Assembly (NCBI GenBank): GCA_043787435.1
Contig: JAYVVA010000011.1
Location: 1-34,817, forward strand
Length of the DNA stretch: 34,817 nucleotides
Direction of reading: 5' to 3'
From: Sphingomonadales bacterium
Lineage (GTDB): Bacteria > Pseudomonadota > Alphaproteobacteria > Sphingomonadales > Sphingomonadaceae
Below are positions 9,863 through 18,541 of this stretch, in pieces. The position numbers and the translations under genes are program-made. The notes beneath the pieces are model-generated. The model had not been told where the DNA came from and did not search any database. It was given only the letters and a program-made list of their open reading frames with translations. How positions within the stretch are numbered: the first letter of the stretch is position 1; each line of letters begins with the position of its first letter.

Positions 9863-11134
9863 TCAGTAGCGACCCAGCAGGCTGAGCAGTCGGTAAGCGG
9901 CGACGATGCGGTCAGTGCCCGCCCGTGCCACGCCCGCTTCTGCGGCAATGGACTCGCGTTCGGCGTCGAGCAGGTCAAGCTGCGGCTTCATGCCGACCCG
10001 CACTTCCTGGCGCACACTGTAGAGGGCCTGTGCCGCAGCGCTCGCTTGGTCGCTCGCCGCCTGTTCGACCAGCTGCGCCGTGCGCACATCCTGAAAGGCG
10101 GAGATAACCTGCTCTTCTACTTGGCTACGCATCGCCCGCAGCCGTGCGTCGGCGGCGCGAACGCCGCTGTCCGTCTCTGCGACCTTGCCTGAGACCCGGC
10201 CACCGCTGAACAATTCCCAGCGGGCACGGATGCCCACCGTCGCACTGTCGGCGCGGTAGTCCGGAAAGAACTGATCGCGGACCATGGCGCCTTCGGCGAA
10301 GGCGCCGACCGTGGGCAGGCGTTCAGCCCGCGCACCGCGCGCCGCCGCCTGTGCAGCGTGCAAGACCGCCTCAGATTGCGCCAGCGCGGGGTTGTTGCGG
10401 GTTGCCGTATCCATCGCTTCGTCGAGCGTGGTGGGAAGCGCGGGATTGACTGGGAGGGGCTGAAGGCCAACCGGTTCGAGGCCTGTCAGATTGCGGAAAT
10501 GCGCATGCGCCGAGACCTGCATGCCCTGCGATCGGGCAACCCCGGCGCGAGCTTCGGCCAGGCGCGCGCCTGCTTGAGAGACATCGGTGCTGGGGCTCTC
10601 GCCCGCGCGGAATTTGAGCCGCGCCTGGCGCTCGATCTCGGTCGTTTGGCTTACAAGGCGGCCGTAAAGATCGACCAGGCGCGCGGCGGTCAGGACGTCA
10701 CCATAGGCCTGGGTCACCGCCATCGCGAGCTGGCTGCGCGTACCGCTCTGCCCCGCCTCGGCGCCGGCAATGCCGGCGCGGGCCTGATCAATCCCGGCGC
10801 TGACCCTGCCCCCGGTGAAAAGCGACTGTTCGACCGTCATCTGGGCGGCGCGGGGAGTCACATTCGCCGCGCCAAGTCCGAAGAAGCCGCGCGGATCGAG
10901 ACGCCCATAGCCAATCGTGCCGCTGAGCGTCGCGGTCGGCAGTTGGCCGGCTTTCGCCTGCTTGAGCCGCGCCTTGGCGGCATCCGCATCCGCGTCAGCT
11001 GCCGCAATCTCGGGCGCATGCGCGATTGCTGCGGTAAGCGACGCTTCAAGCGTCGTCGCATGCGCCGCGGTGCTCAGCGCCAGCGGGCCAGCAAGCCACA
11101 GCATCAGGCGCGCGATGCGGCTCTTGACTGTCAT
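9863..11134 (-). CDS. TolC-family outer-membrane efflux channel
   Basis: Signal peptide from MTVKSRIAR (ATG at 11134 overlaps the upstream TGA); two OEP repeats (QSLFTGG, WELFSGG, LDLLDAE). Confidence 0.9.
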   Translation of the reverse strand: MTVKSRIARLMLWLAGPLALSTAAHATTLEASLTAAIAHAPEIAAADADADAAKARLKQAKAGQLPTATLSGTIGYGRLDPRGFFGLGAANVTPRAAQMTVEQSLFTGGRVSAGIDQARAGIAGAEAGQSGTRSQLAMAVTQAYGDVLTAARLVDLYGRLVSQTTEIERQARLKFRAGESPSTDVSQAGARLAEARAGVARSQGMQVSAHAHFRNLTGLEPVGLQPLPVNPALPTTLDEAMDTATRNNPALAQSEAVLHAAQAAARGARAERLPTVGAFAEGAMVRDQFFPDYRADSATVGIRARWELFSGGRVSGKVAETDSGVRAADARLRAMRSQVEEQVISAFQDVRTAQLVEQAASDQASAAAQALYSVRQEVRVGMKPQLDLLDAERESIAAEAGVARAGTDRIVAAYRLLSLLGRY

Positions 11135-11334
11135 TTGAAGGCGTTGCCGGGACGGACACCCATCGCCTTGAAGACCATCGCTGCCGGACAAAAGCCGGTA
11201 AAGCCAGCTTGGATCTGGTTGAGCCCTGCAAAGACGGTGAGACCGATCCACCAGGGATGGACGGTGAATGACAGGACGATTCCCAAGAGGACAACGGAGC
11301 CTGCAAAGATCATGACGGCGCGATCGAGAGTCAT
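11131..11334 (-). CDS. DUF2892 (YgaP-like membrane domain) protein
   Basis: 67 aa: MTLDRAVMIFAG...WWIGLTVFAGLNQIQAGFTGFCP, with two TM segments and the G-x-C-P motif. Confidence 0.88.
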   Translation of the reverse strand: MTLDRAVMIFAGSVVLLGIVLSFTVHPWWIGLTVFAGLNQIQAGFTGFCPAAMVFKAMGVRPGNAFK

Positions 11335-11366
11335 TTTATTTTTCCTTTCGATATCGAGCGAGGCGG

Positions 11367-12647
11367 TCACATCCGCAGCTTCTTGATGCCCATGACGTGG
11401 AGCGCGAGCTTCTCGTAGAAGGGCTCGCTCTCGCCCTTGCGTACCTTGCGCAGGAAATATTTCTCGAAACCGATCTTCGCGAGATGGACCCATTTACCGC
11501 TTGCCGCCCAGTTGACGTTGCGCGGCGGGATCTGCGGCTGCGCAACGAAGGCGACACCGCCGTCACCGAAATCAGCCAAGCAGACCGCATTCCAGGTGGC
11601 TTCGGCGGTGGGTTCCTTGCCGTCGAGGATCGCGACAAGATTGGCGGCGACCGCAGTCACCATGCTTTCGATCATGAAGCCGGTCTTGGGCACTCCCACC
11701 GGCACGGGCGTCGGCCCGGTCGGCGGGATCGCGACGCACACGCCGAGCGCGAAGATCTCCGGGAAGGCCGGGTTGCGCTGGTGCTTGTCGATCAGGATGA
11801 AGCCGCGCGGATTGGTGAGGCCCGGAATGTCACGGACGGCGGCAACCCCCCGGAAAGCCGGGAGCATCATCGAGAAGGCGAACGGCAGATCGTGCGTCCT
11901 GGCGACCGCGCCGCCCTCGGCAATCTCCTCGACATGCATCATACCCGCCTCGACCCTAGCGACGCGCGCGTTCGTGACCCATTTGATGTGGCGCTCGCGC
12001 AGCTCGCTTTCGAGCAGGCTCTTGGTGTCCCCGACCCCATCGAGACCCAGATGACCAATATAGGGTTCCGCGGTGACGAAGGTCATCGGCACCCTGTCTC
12101 GGATCTTGCGGCGGCGAAGTTCGGTGTCGAGGATCAGCGCAAACTCATAGGCCGGGCCGTAGCAGGAGGCACCCTGCACTGCGCCCACAACAATCGGGCC
12201 AGGATCTTCAACAAAGCGATCGAAGGCGTCGGCCGCGGCAGAAGCGTGCGAAGTCTGGCACACCGAGACGGTATGTCCGCCATGCGGCCCCAATCCCTCA
12301 ATTTCGTCAAATGCAAGTTCCGGCCCGGTAGCAATTACAAGATAATCGTAATTGACATCGGTGCCGTCGTTCAGTTCAAGACGCTTCTCGGTAGCGTGCA
12401 GTCGCCTCGCGCCCACCGCCGTAAAGCCGATCTTTTTCTTGGCAAAGATCGGCGGCAAATGCACCTGGATCGCTTCCGGCTCGCGCCAACGGACGGCCAC
12501 CCACGGGTTGGAAGGTATGAACGAATAGGTTTCCGTATCAGACACCATCATCACATCGGCGCGGCCTTTTGCGGCAGCCTGGATCTCGTAGGCGGCGATG
12601 GTGCCGCCCAGGCCGGCGCCCAGCACCACGATCTTCGGTTTGTTCAT
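11367..12647 (-). CDS. sqr: Sulfide:quinone oxidoreductase (type I-like)
   Basis: GAGLGG FAD site, SVC, GASCYGPAYE, PKTGFMIESM, AVCLADFG, and a C-terminal KIGFEKYFLRK amphipathic helix. Confidence 0.92.
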   Translation of the reverse strand: MNKPKIVVLGAGLGGTIAAYEIQAAAKGRADVMMVSDTETYSFIPSNPWVAVRWREPEAIQVHLPPIFAKKKIGFTAVGARRLHATEKRLELNDGTDVNYDYLVIATGPELAFDEIEGLGPHGGHTVSVCQTSHASAAADAFDRFVEDPGPIVVGAVQGASCYGPAYEFALILDTELRRRKIRDRVPMTFVTAEPYIGHLGLDGVGDTKSLLESELRERHIKWVTNARVARVEAGMMHVEEIAEGGAVARTHDLPFAFSMMLPAFRGVAAVRDIPGLTNPRGFILIDKHQRNPAFPEIFALGVCVAIPPTGPTPVPVGVPKTGFMIESMVTAVAANLVAILDGKEPTAEATWNAVCLADFGDGGVAFVAQPQIPPRNVNWAASGKWVHLAKIGFEKYFLRKVRKGESEPFYEKLALHVMGIKKLRM

Positions 12648-12745
12648 GATACCGATTCCTCTCGCCTCAATATCTCGCTTGACTGAATATGATGATTACA
12701 CGATATACGCAATACTTTAATTTTGATTCAATCAGGAGGCCTCGC
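12648..12745. promoter_or_regulatory. Divergent sqr/rhodanese promoter region
   Basis: AT-rich 98-bp gap. TTGACT at 12679 on +; TTGCGT-N17-TATTCA on -; RBS AGGAGG at 12734. Confidence 0.55.
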
Positions 12746-13084
12746 ATGTTCGGCTTCGGCAAGACCAAGGCGCACCGCGACATCGATGCGCAAACCCTCA
12801 AGGCGATGCTGGCCAATGGTGCGGCGGTCCTCGTCGATGTGCGCGAACCCGACGAGTTTGCCGCCGAGCATATCAAGGGCGCAGTAAACGCTCCGCTCTC
12901 GACCTTCGCACCGCGTAATGTTCCGGATGCCGCGGGCAAGACGATCGTGCTCCAATGCGCCGGCGGCAAGCGCTCGGGCCTCGCGCTCGACTACTGCGCC
13001 AGCGCGCAGTCGAGCATCGACACGCATCTCGCTGGCGGCATCGGCGCCTGGAAGGCCGCCGGCCTGCCAGTCGAACGCGCATAA
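12746..13084 (+). CDS. Single-domain rhodanese (sulfurtransferase)
   Basis: LVDVREPDEFAAEHIKGA, active loop CAGGKRS and LAGGIGAW; ATG at 12746 follows AGGAGG. Confidence 0.92.
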   Translation: MFGFGKTKAHRDIDAQTLKAMLANGAAVLVDVREPDEFAAEHIKGAVNAPLSTFAPRNVPDAAGKTIVLQCAGGKRSGLALDYCASAQSSIDTHLAGGIGAWKAAGLPVERA

Positions 13085-13111
13085 GGCCATGCAACAGGGG
13101 AGCCGTCGGCA

Positions 13112-14137
13112 GTGACAAAATGGGCGTGGATGGTCGCCGGAGCGGCGCTGACGCTGACCGGCTGCGGCGGCAGCGCGCCGAGCGAAGAAAAGCCTGCGGC
13201 CTTGCCCGCCGGCGAACGGCTGATCGTGGCACTTGCCCAGACCTCGGACATGAAGGCGGTCGGCGCCGAAATCACCACGCGTGATCAGGCACAGGCGCTG
13301 GCTCGCATCCCGGGCACGTTGGTCAGTCTTTCTGTTCGCGCTGGCGCCATGGTGACCAAGGGCCAGCGCATCGGGTCGATCGTCGATTCACGCCTTGGCT
13401 ATGAGACCAGTGCAGCGGGCGCGCAGGTCGCCGCCGCGGAAGCGGAAGCCGCGCGTGCGCGCGGCGACCTTGCCCGTGTCCAGGACCTCTACAATAACAA
13501 TGTCTATGCCAAGGCCCGCCTTGACCAGTCGGTCGCGATGGCGCGCGCCGCCGATGCGCAGGTCGCGGCCGCCCGCGCCCAGCAGAATGCGAAAGCAAGC
13601 GTTGCCGGTCAGGGCGCGGTCCTCGCACCCACCTCGGGCCGCGTCCTGCGTGCCGATATTCCCGCTGGCTCGGTCGTCGCGCCGGGTATGTCGATCGCGA
13701 CCGTTACGGCGGGTCCGCCGGTTCTCCGGCTCGATCTTCCCGAATCGCTGGCAGACGCCGTTCATGTCGGCGCGCAGGTTACAGTGGCCCAAGGAGATTT
13801 GCCCGACGGGACGCGCCAGGGGCAGGTTAGCCAAGTCTATCCTGCGATCGCCGGCGGCCGGGTGCAGGTCGATGCGACAGTGCCCGGTCTCACCACCCAG
13901 CTGGTCGGACGCCGCGTCGGCGTGATGATCGAGGTCGGCCAGCGCCGGGCCATAGTCGTTCCCCGCCGCTTCATTTCGACCCGCTACGGCATTGATTATG
14001 TCGATATCGTCACCGCCGACCGACGCATCAGCGCGGTCGCAGTCCAAACCGCACCGACGGGTGATCCGAGCCGCCTCGAAATCCTCGGTGGCGTAAGTGC
14101 TGGCGACATCCTCTTCGCTCCCGGGCGCGGCAAGTGA
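13112..14137 (+). CDS. RND efflux periplasmic adaptor (MFP), lipoprotein
   Basis: Lipobox LTGC, lipoyl half-motifs (ARIPG, APTSGRV) and an alpha-hairpin. Confidence 0.9.
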   Translation: MTKWAWMVAGAALTLTGCGGSAPSEEKPAALPAGERLIVALAQTSDMKAVGAEITTRDQAQALARIPGTLVSLSVRAGAMVTKGQRIGSIVDSRLGYETSAAGAQVAAAEAEAARARGDLARVQDLYNNNVYAKARLDQSVAMARAADAQVAAARAQQNAKASVAGQGAVLAPTSGRVLRADIPAGSVVAPGMSIATVTAGPPVLRLDLPESLADAVHVGAQVTVAQGDLPDGTRQGQVSQVYPAIAGGRVQVDATVPGLTTQLVGRRVGVMIEVGQRRAIVVPRRFISTRYGIDYVDIVTADRRISAVAVQTAPTGDPSRLEILGGVSAGDILFAPGRGK

Positions 14138-17100
14138 ATCTAGGGCTATCGGGGCGCCTCACCCGCGCGACCATCGCTTCGCCGCTAACCCCGCTATTCC
14201 TGCTGGCGGCAATCGCCATTGGTCTGCTCGCTCTGTTTACGATTCCGCGCGAGGAGGAACCGCAGATCAGCGTCCCGATGGTCGACATCCAGGTGATGGC
14301 ACCAGGCCTGTCGGCGCCCGATGCTGTCCAACTGGTCGGCATCCCACTCGAGACGATCGTGAAAAGCGTCGATGGTGTCGAGCATGTCTACACTCAGGCC
14401 GAAGACAATGGCGTGATGGTGACCGCGCGCTTCCTGGTGGGATCGAACCCCGAGGATGCCGCGACCCGGATCGACGAGAAGCTGCGCGCCAACTGGGATC
14501 AAATTCCGGTCGGTATCCCGGATCCCAAAGTCACGGTGCGCGGGATCAACGATGTCCCGGCCATCGTTCTGACGCTTTCGTCCAAACCTGGCGCAGTCGG
14601 GCGATATGACGACCAGATGCTCTATGCGCTCGCCACCCGATTGCGGACCGAGATCGCGAAGGTCGACAATGTCGGGCTCACCTTCCTGACCGGCGGGCGC
14701 CCCGAAGAGATCCGTATCGCGCCCGATCCCGGTAAACTCAGCCAATATGGCGTAGCTATGGGCAGTGTCATCGATGCGGCCGCGCAGGCCAATCGCAGCT
14801 TCCCCGCCGGGAGCATTCGTGAAGGCGGGAAAGCCATCGAAGTCACCGCCGGCCAGACGCTCTCTTCGGCGCAGGATGTCGGCACCCTGACCGTGCGCTC
14901 GGTCAGCGGGGCTCCGGTCTATCTGCGCGATGTCGCCGCGGTAACCCAGGGACCACGCGAAGACCAGGCCCGCGCCTGGCGCTGGGCACGCAATGCCGGT
15001 CGCTGGTCGAGCGCCCCTGCGGTCAGCATCGCGATCGCCAAGCGGTCGGGCGCGAACGCGGTGGTCGTCTCCCAGGCCGTGCTCACACGCCTCGAAAGCC
15101 TTAAGGGCAACCTCATTCCTGACGGCATCGATGTTGCGGTCACGCGTAACTATGGCGCGAGCGCGAACGAGAAAGCAAATGAACTTCTCTACCACCTGGC
15201 GCTCGCGACGATCTCGATCGTCATCCTGATCGGCTTTGCGATCGGCTGGCGCGAGGCCGGCGTCACCGCCGTGGTGATCCCGACGACGATCCTGCTGACG
15301 ATGTTTGCCTCGAACCTGATGGGCTACACGATCAACCGGGTCAGCCTGTTCGCTTTGATCTTCTCGATCGGCATCCTTGTCGACGACGCGATCGTGATGA
15401 TCGAGAATATCGCCCGTCATTGGGCGATGCCCGATGATCGAACCCGGACACAGGCCGCGATCGAAGCGGTCGCCGAAGTGGGCAACCCTACCGTCGTCGC
15501 CACGCTGACCGTGGTGGCAGCGCTGCTGCCGATGCTGTTCGTCTCCGGCCTGATGGGGCCGTATATGGCACCGATTCCAGTCAATGCGTCGGCGGCGATG
15601 ATCTTTTCCTTCTTCGTCGCGGTGGTGATCGCGCCGTGGCTGATGATCCGCTTCGCGCGCAAGACGCTGGTGGCTGATGGCGCACATGCGCACGGTCATG
15701 ACGAGAGTGGCGGCAAGCTTGGTCGCCTTTATGCGCGGGTCGCGCACCGGGTCATCGACGACCGGAAGTCGGCGCGCAATTTCCTGATCGCGGTCGGCAT
15801 CGCCACGCTCATCGCCTGCTCGATGTTCTATTTCAAGGCAGTGACGGTCAAGCTGCTGCCGTTCGACAACAAGTCCGAGGTGCAGGTCGTGGTCGACATG
15901 CCTGAGGGCACCAGCCTCGAAGGCACGGGCCGCGTCCTCGAAGACGTCACCCGGCTAACCCGCGACTTGCCCGAAGCAACCGCGATGGAAGCCTATCTGG
16001 GCACCTCCGCACCGTTCAATTTCAATGGGCTCGTCCGCCACTATTTCCTGCGCAGCCGCCCGGAAATGGGCGATGTCATGGTGACTCTGCTCCCCAAGGG
16101 CGACCGCAACCGCTCGAGCCACCAGATCGCGCTCGACTTGCGCGAGAAGCTCAGGGCAATGAAACTTCCCAAGGGTGCCTCGATCAAGGTGGTCGAGACC
16201 CCGCCGGGTCCTCCGGTTCTCGCAACCTTGCTGGCCGAAGTCTACGGCCCCGATGCCCAGAGCCGCCGCGCCACCGCAACGGAGCTAGAGAAGATCTTCA
16301 AGTCGATCCCCTTTATCGTCGATGTCGACAACAGCTTCGGTCAGCCTCGCCCCAAGCTGCGCCTGATCCCGCAGCGCGACCGGCTCGACTATTACGGCCT
16401 CTCGAGCCGCGACATCAACGACTCGATCGGCGCCCTGCTGGGCAGCAAGACGGTCGGCTATGCCCCGCGCGGCGATGAACGCATGCCGCTCCCGATCACC
16501 GTCGCGCTCCCGGAATCCGCGCGAAGCTGGACGCAGACACTGGCCAGCACGCCGGTGGCGGTCTCGCAAGGCGCCACCGGTACGAAACTGGTGGAGCTCG
16601 GTGCCATCGTCGATGTGAAGCAGGAACAGAGCAGCCCGGCCATCTTCCGGCGCGACGGGCATTATGCCGATATGGTGACGGCCGAGCTCGCCGGCGATTA
16701 CGAGGCGCCGATTTACGGCATGCTGGCGGTCGACCGCGCGATCGACAGCTATGACTGGGGCGCCAAAGGCCTGCGGAAGCCTGTGATCCGCCTGGCCGGC
16801 CAGCCCACCGACGAAGGGACCACCAGCCTGCTCTGGGACGGCGAATGGGAGATCACCTGGGTCACCTTCCGCGACATGGGTGCCGCGTTCATGGTCGCGC
16901 TCCTCGCAATCTACATCCTTGTCGTCGCCCAGTTCAGCAGCTTCAGGTTGCCGCTCGTGATTCTAACGCCTGTGCCGCTGACGTTGGTCGGCATCGTCAT
17001 CGGCCATATTCTATTCCGCGCGCCGTTCACCGCAACCTCGATGATCGGCTTTATCGCGCTGGCCGGTATCATCGTGCGCAACTCTATCCTGCTGGTCGAT

Positions 17101-17358
17101 TTCATCCGGCACACGTCCACGCCCGACAAGCCACTGCGCGACGTGCTGATCGAGGCGGGAACGATCCGGTTCAAGCCGATCGTGCTCACCGCCGCCGCCG
17201 CGATGATCGGCGCTACCGTGATCCTCACCGACCCGATTTTTCAAGGTCTCGCCATTTCGCTCCTCTTCGGTCTCGCGTCCTCGACCTTGCTCACTGTGCT
17301 GGTTATCCCGGCCATCTATGTGGTGCTGCGTGACGATGGGAGACCGGCAAGCAAATGA
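14134..17358 (+). CDS. RND efflux inner-membrane permease (AcrB/AcrD/AcrF family)
   Basis: 1074 aa; PREEEPQI, GILVDDAIVMIENI, GIIVRNSILLVDF and RFKPIVLT. Confidence 0.95.
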   Translation: MNLGLSGRLTRATIASPLTPLFLLAAIAIGLLALFTIPREEEPQISVPMVDIQVMAPGLSAPDAVQLVGIPLETIVKSVDGVEHVYTQAEDNGVMVTARFLVGSNPEDAATRIDEKLRANWDQIPVGIPDPKVTVRGINDVPAIVLTLSSKPGAVGRYDDQMLYALATRLRTEIAKVDNVGLTFLTGGRPEEIRIAPDPGKLSQYGVAMGSVIDAAAQANRSFPAGSIREGGKAIEVTAGQTLSSAQDVGTLTVRSVSGAPVYLRDVAAVTQGPREDQARAWRWARNAGRWSSAPAVSIAIAKRSGANAVVVSQAVLTRLESLKGNLIPDGIDVAVTRNYGASANEKANELLYHLALATISIVILIGFAIGWREAGVTAVVIPTTILLTMFASNLMGYTINRVSLFALIFSIGILVDDAIVMIENIARHWAMPDDRTRTQAAIEAVAEVGNPTVVATLTVVAALLPMLFVSGLMGPYMAPIPVNASAAMIFSFFVAVVIAPWLMIRFARKTLVADGAHAHGHDESGGKLGRLYARVAHRVIDDRKSARNFLIAVGIATLIACSMFYFKAVTVKLLPFDNKSEVQVVVDMPEGTSLEGTGRVLEDVTRLTRDLPEATAMEAYLGTSAPFNFNGLVRHYFLRSRPEMGDVMVTLLPKGDRNRSSHQIALDLREKLRAMKLPKGASIKVVETPPGPPVLATLLAEVYGPDAQSRRATATELEKIFKSIPFIVDVDNSFGQPRPKLRLIPQRDRLDYYGLSSRDINDSIGALLGSKTVGYAPRGDERMPLPITVALPESARSWTQTLASTPVAVSQGATGTKLVELGAIVDVKQEQSSPAIFRRDGHYADMVTAELAGDYEAPIYGMLAVDRAIDSYDWGAKGLRKPVIRLAGQPTDEGTTSLLWDGEWEITWVTFRDMGAAFMVALLAIYILVVAQFSSFRLPLVILTPVPLTLVGIVIGHILFRAPFTATSMIGFIALAGIIVRNSILLVDFIRHTSTPDKPLRDVLIEAGTIRFKPIVLTAAAAMIGATVILTDPIFQGLAISLLFGLASSTLLTVLVIPAIYVVLRDDGRPASK

Positions 17359-17678
17359 AGATGACGGACGAGGCGGTCGAAATGCTGTGCGAGCGCGCGA
17401 CCGAGGTTGCCGCGTTCCTAAAGGTGGTCGCGAATGAACAGCGCCTGTTGCTGCTTTGTCGTCTGCGCGACGGTGAGGCCTCGGTCGGCGAACTCGTGGG
17501 ATTGTGCCATCTGTCGCAATCAAGCGTTTCACAGCATCTCGCGCGCATGCGCGACGGCGGCCTGGTGCAGACCCGTCGCGAAAATACCACGATCTTCTAC
17601 CGGATCGCCAATGCCAAGGTGGAGGGGCTGATGACCTTCCTGTGCGATCAGTTTGGCCAACATGCTGCTCGATCTTGA
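17355..17678 (+). CDS. SqrR/BigR-like ArsR-family repressor
   Basis: ANEQRLLLLCRL, SVGEL and SQSSVSQHLARMR; translationally coupled to the RND gene. Confidence 0.85.
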   Translation: MKMTDEAVEMLCERATEVAAFLKVVANEQRLLLLCRLRDGEASVGELVGLCHLSQSSVSQHLARMRDGGLVQTRRENTTIFYRIANAKVEGLMTFLCDQFGQHAARS

Positions 17679-17688
17679 GGTTCAGCTT

Positions 17689-18355
17689 CTAGGATCGGGC
17701 CAGCTCGAAACGGCTGACCAGGAAGACCAGCAGCACGGCGAAGCCCCCCGCTCCCCGGAGACTTGCCGTTCGCGACCAAGTATAGCCAATGGCTCCGGCG
17801 ATCCCGCCCGCTACGAGGGACAGCCATAAGAAAAGATATGGCTCCACGCAGTGCGATCACCGCCGCGCAACGTATCGGCGACGCGGTGGCCGATCTTGAC
17901 CAAAGTTCCGGTCATGTACGTCGCAACAATGCCTAAATCGCCATCGCGATGGAACACCGGTTGGACGCGCCCATCGCCAGGCATAGCGTGCCAACCACGC
18001 CGTAGGTCCAGCTCAACATCTGCAATACCGCTGCTGCGACAAGAAGCAGGGCGACGCCGGCGGTGGCGATGGCGGGGCGGCGGAGCGGCGGGGCGGCGGA
18101 GCGGCGGAGCGGCGGGGCGCCGACGCGCGTCCACTGACCAGAACGTTGAGAATGACACCCGGCACGAACAGGGCAATCAGGGTGGCCGCCGCGAGGCCGG
18201 CGATGCTTGGTTGCGCAATCCCCAGCGCAAGCCGTGTCGAGTTGCCGCTCATGAACGAGACGAATATGCCGCCCGATGCCAGAAAGCCGATCACATCGGT
18301 GAACCCGGCCAAGGCAGAAAAGCCGAAGGCCAGAGCGCGCGCACATTTCGATCAT
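17689..18355 (-). pseudogene. YoaK/DUF1275 membrane protein, multiply frameshifted
   Basis: Segments in different frames: LAGFTDVIGFLASGGIFVSFMSGNSTRL; LAMGASN; TYMTGTLVKIG; LWLSLVAGGIAGA. The stop TAG is at 17689-17691. Confidence 0.8.
18071..18118. repeat. Tandem repeat (GGCGG[G/A]GC)x6
   Basis: Six 8-bp units at 18071, 18079, 18087, 18095, 18103 and 18111, inside the YoaK pseudogene. Confidence 0.92.
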
Positions 18356-18415
18356 AGCGATTCATGGAATACGCTGTCGCAGCGGTTCAGACGCCAGAGT
18401 CAAAAAATGGGTCTC

Positions 18416-18526
18416 TCAAAGCGTCAAATCTTCGTGCGCGTCTGAGTGGAACTCATGCCACAAGCCGTTGAGGATGCCGAAGCCGACTGCCAGACCGACG
18501 CCGAGTACCCAGGTAAAATACCACAT
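18416..18526 (-). CDS. cydX: Cytochrome bd oxidase small subunit CydX
   Basis: Below the ORF-track cutoff: MWYFTWVLGVGLAVGFGILNGLWHEFHSDAHEDLTL*, with RBS AGAGGA, directly after cydB. Confidence 0.93.
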   Translation of the reverse strand: MWYFTWVLGVGLAVGFGILNGLWHEFHSDAHEDLTL

Positions 18527-18541
18527 CGAGGTGATCCTCTT

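Noticed and set aside
9863-11251. Track start for TolC at 11251 (also long starts for arsC 5135, rhodanese 12689, cydC 22914, guaA 31344, DUF2892 11493)
   Set aside because: Downstream ATGs with an RBS or stop/start overlap fit the families better, and most of the extensions overlap neighbouring genes or promoter regions.
11397-12686. 429-aa plus-strand ORF antisense to sqr (likewise 10358..11386, 14194..15747 and similar)
   Set aside because: Shadow ORFs of high-GC coding strands, with no recognisable motifs and fully overlapping well-supported genes.
14342-14349. TCCCACTC copy of the guaA att core (also a 7/8 match near 1877)
   Set aside because: Lies inside an intact RND gene with no arm-type repeats nearby; an 8-mer match is expected by chance in 35 kb.
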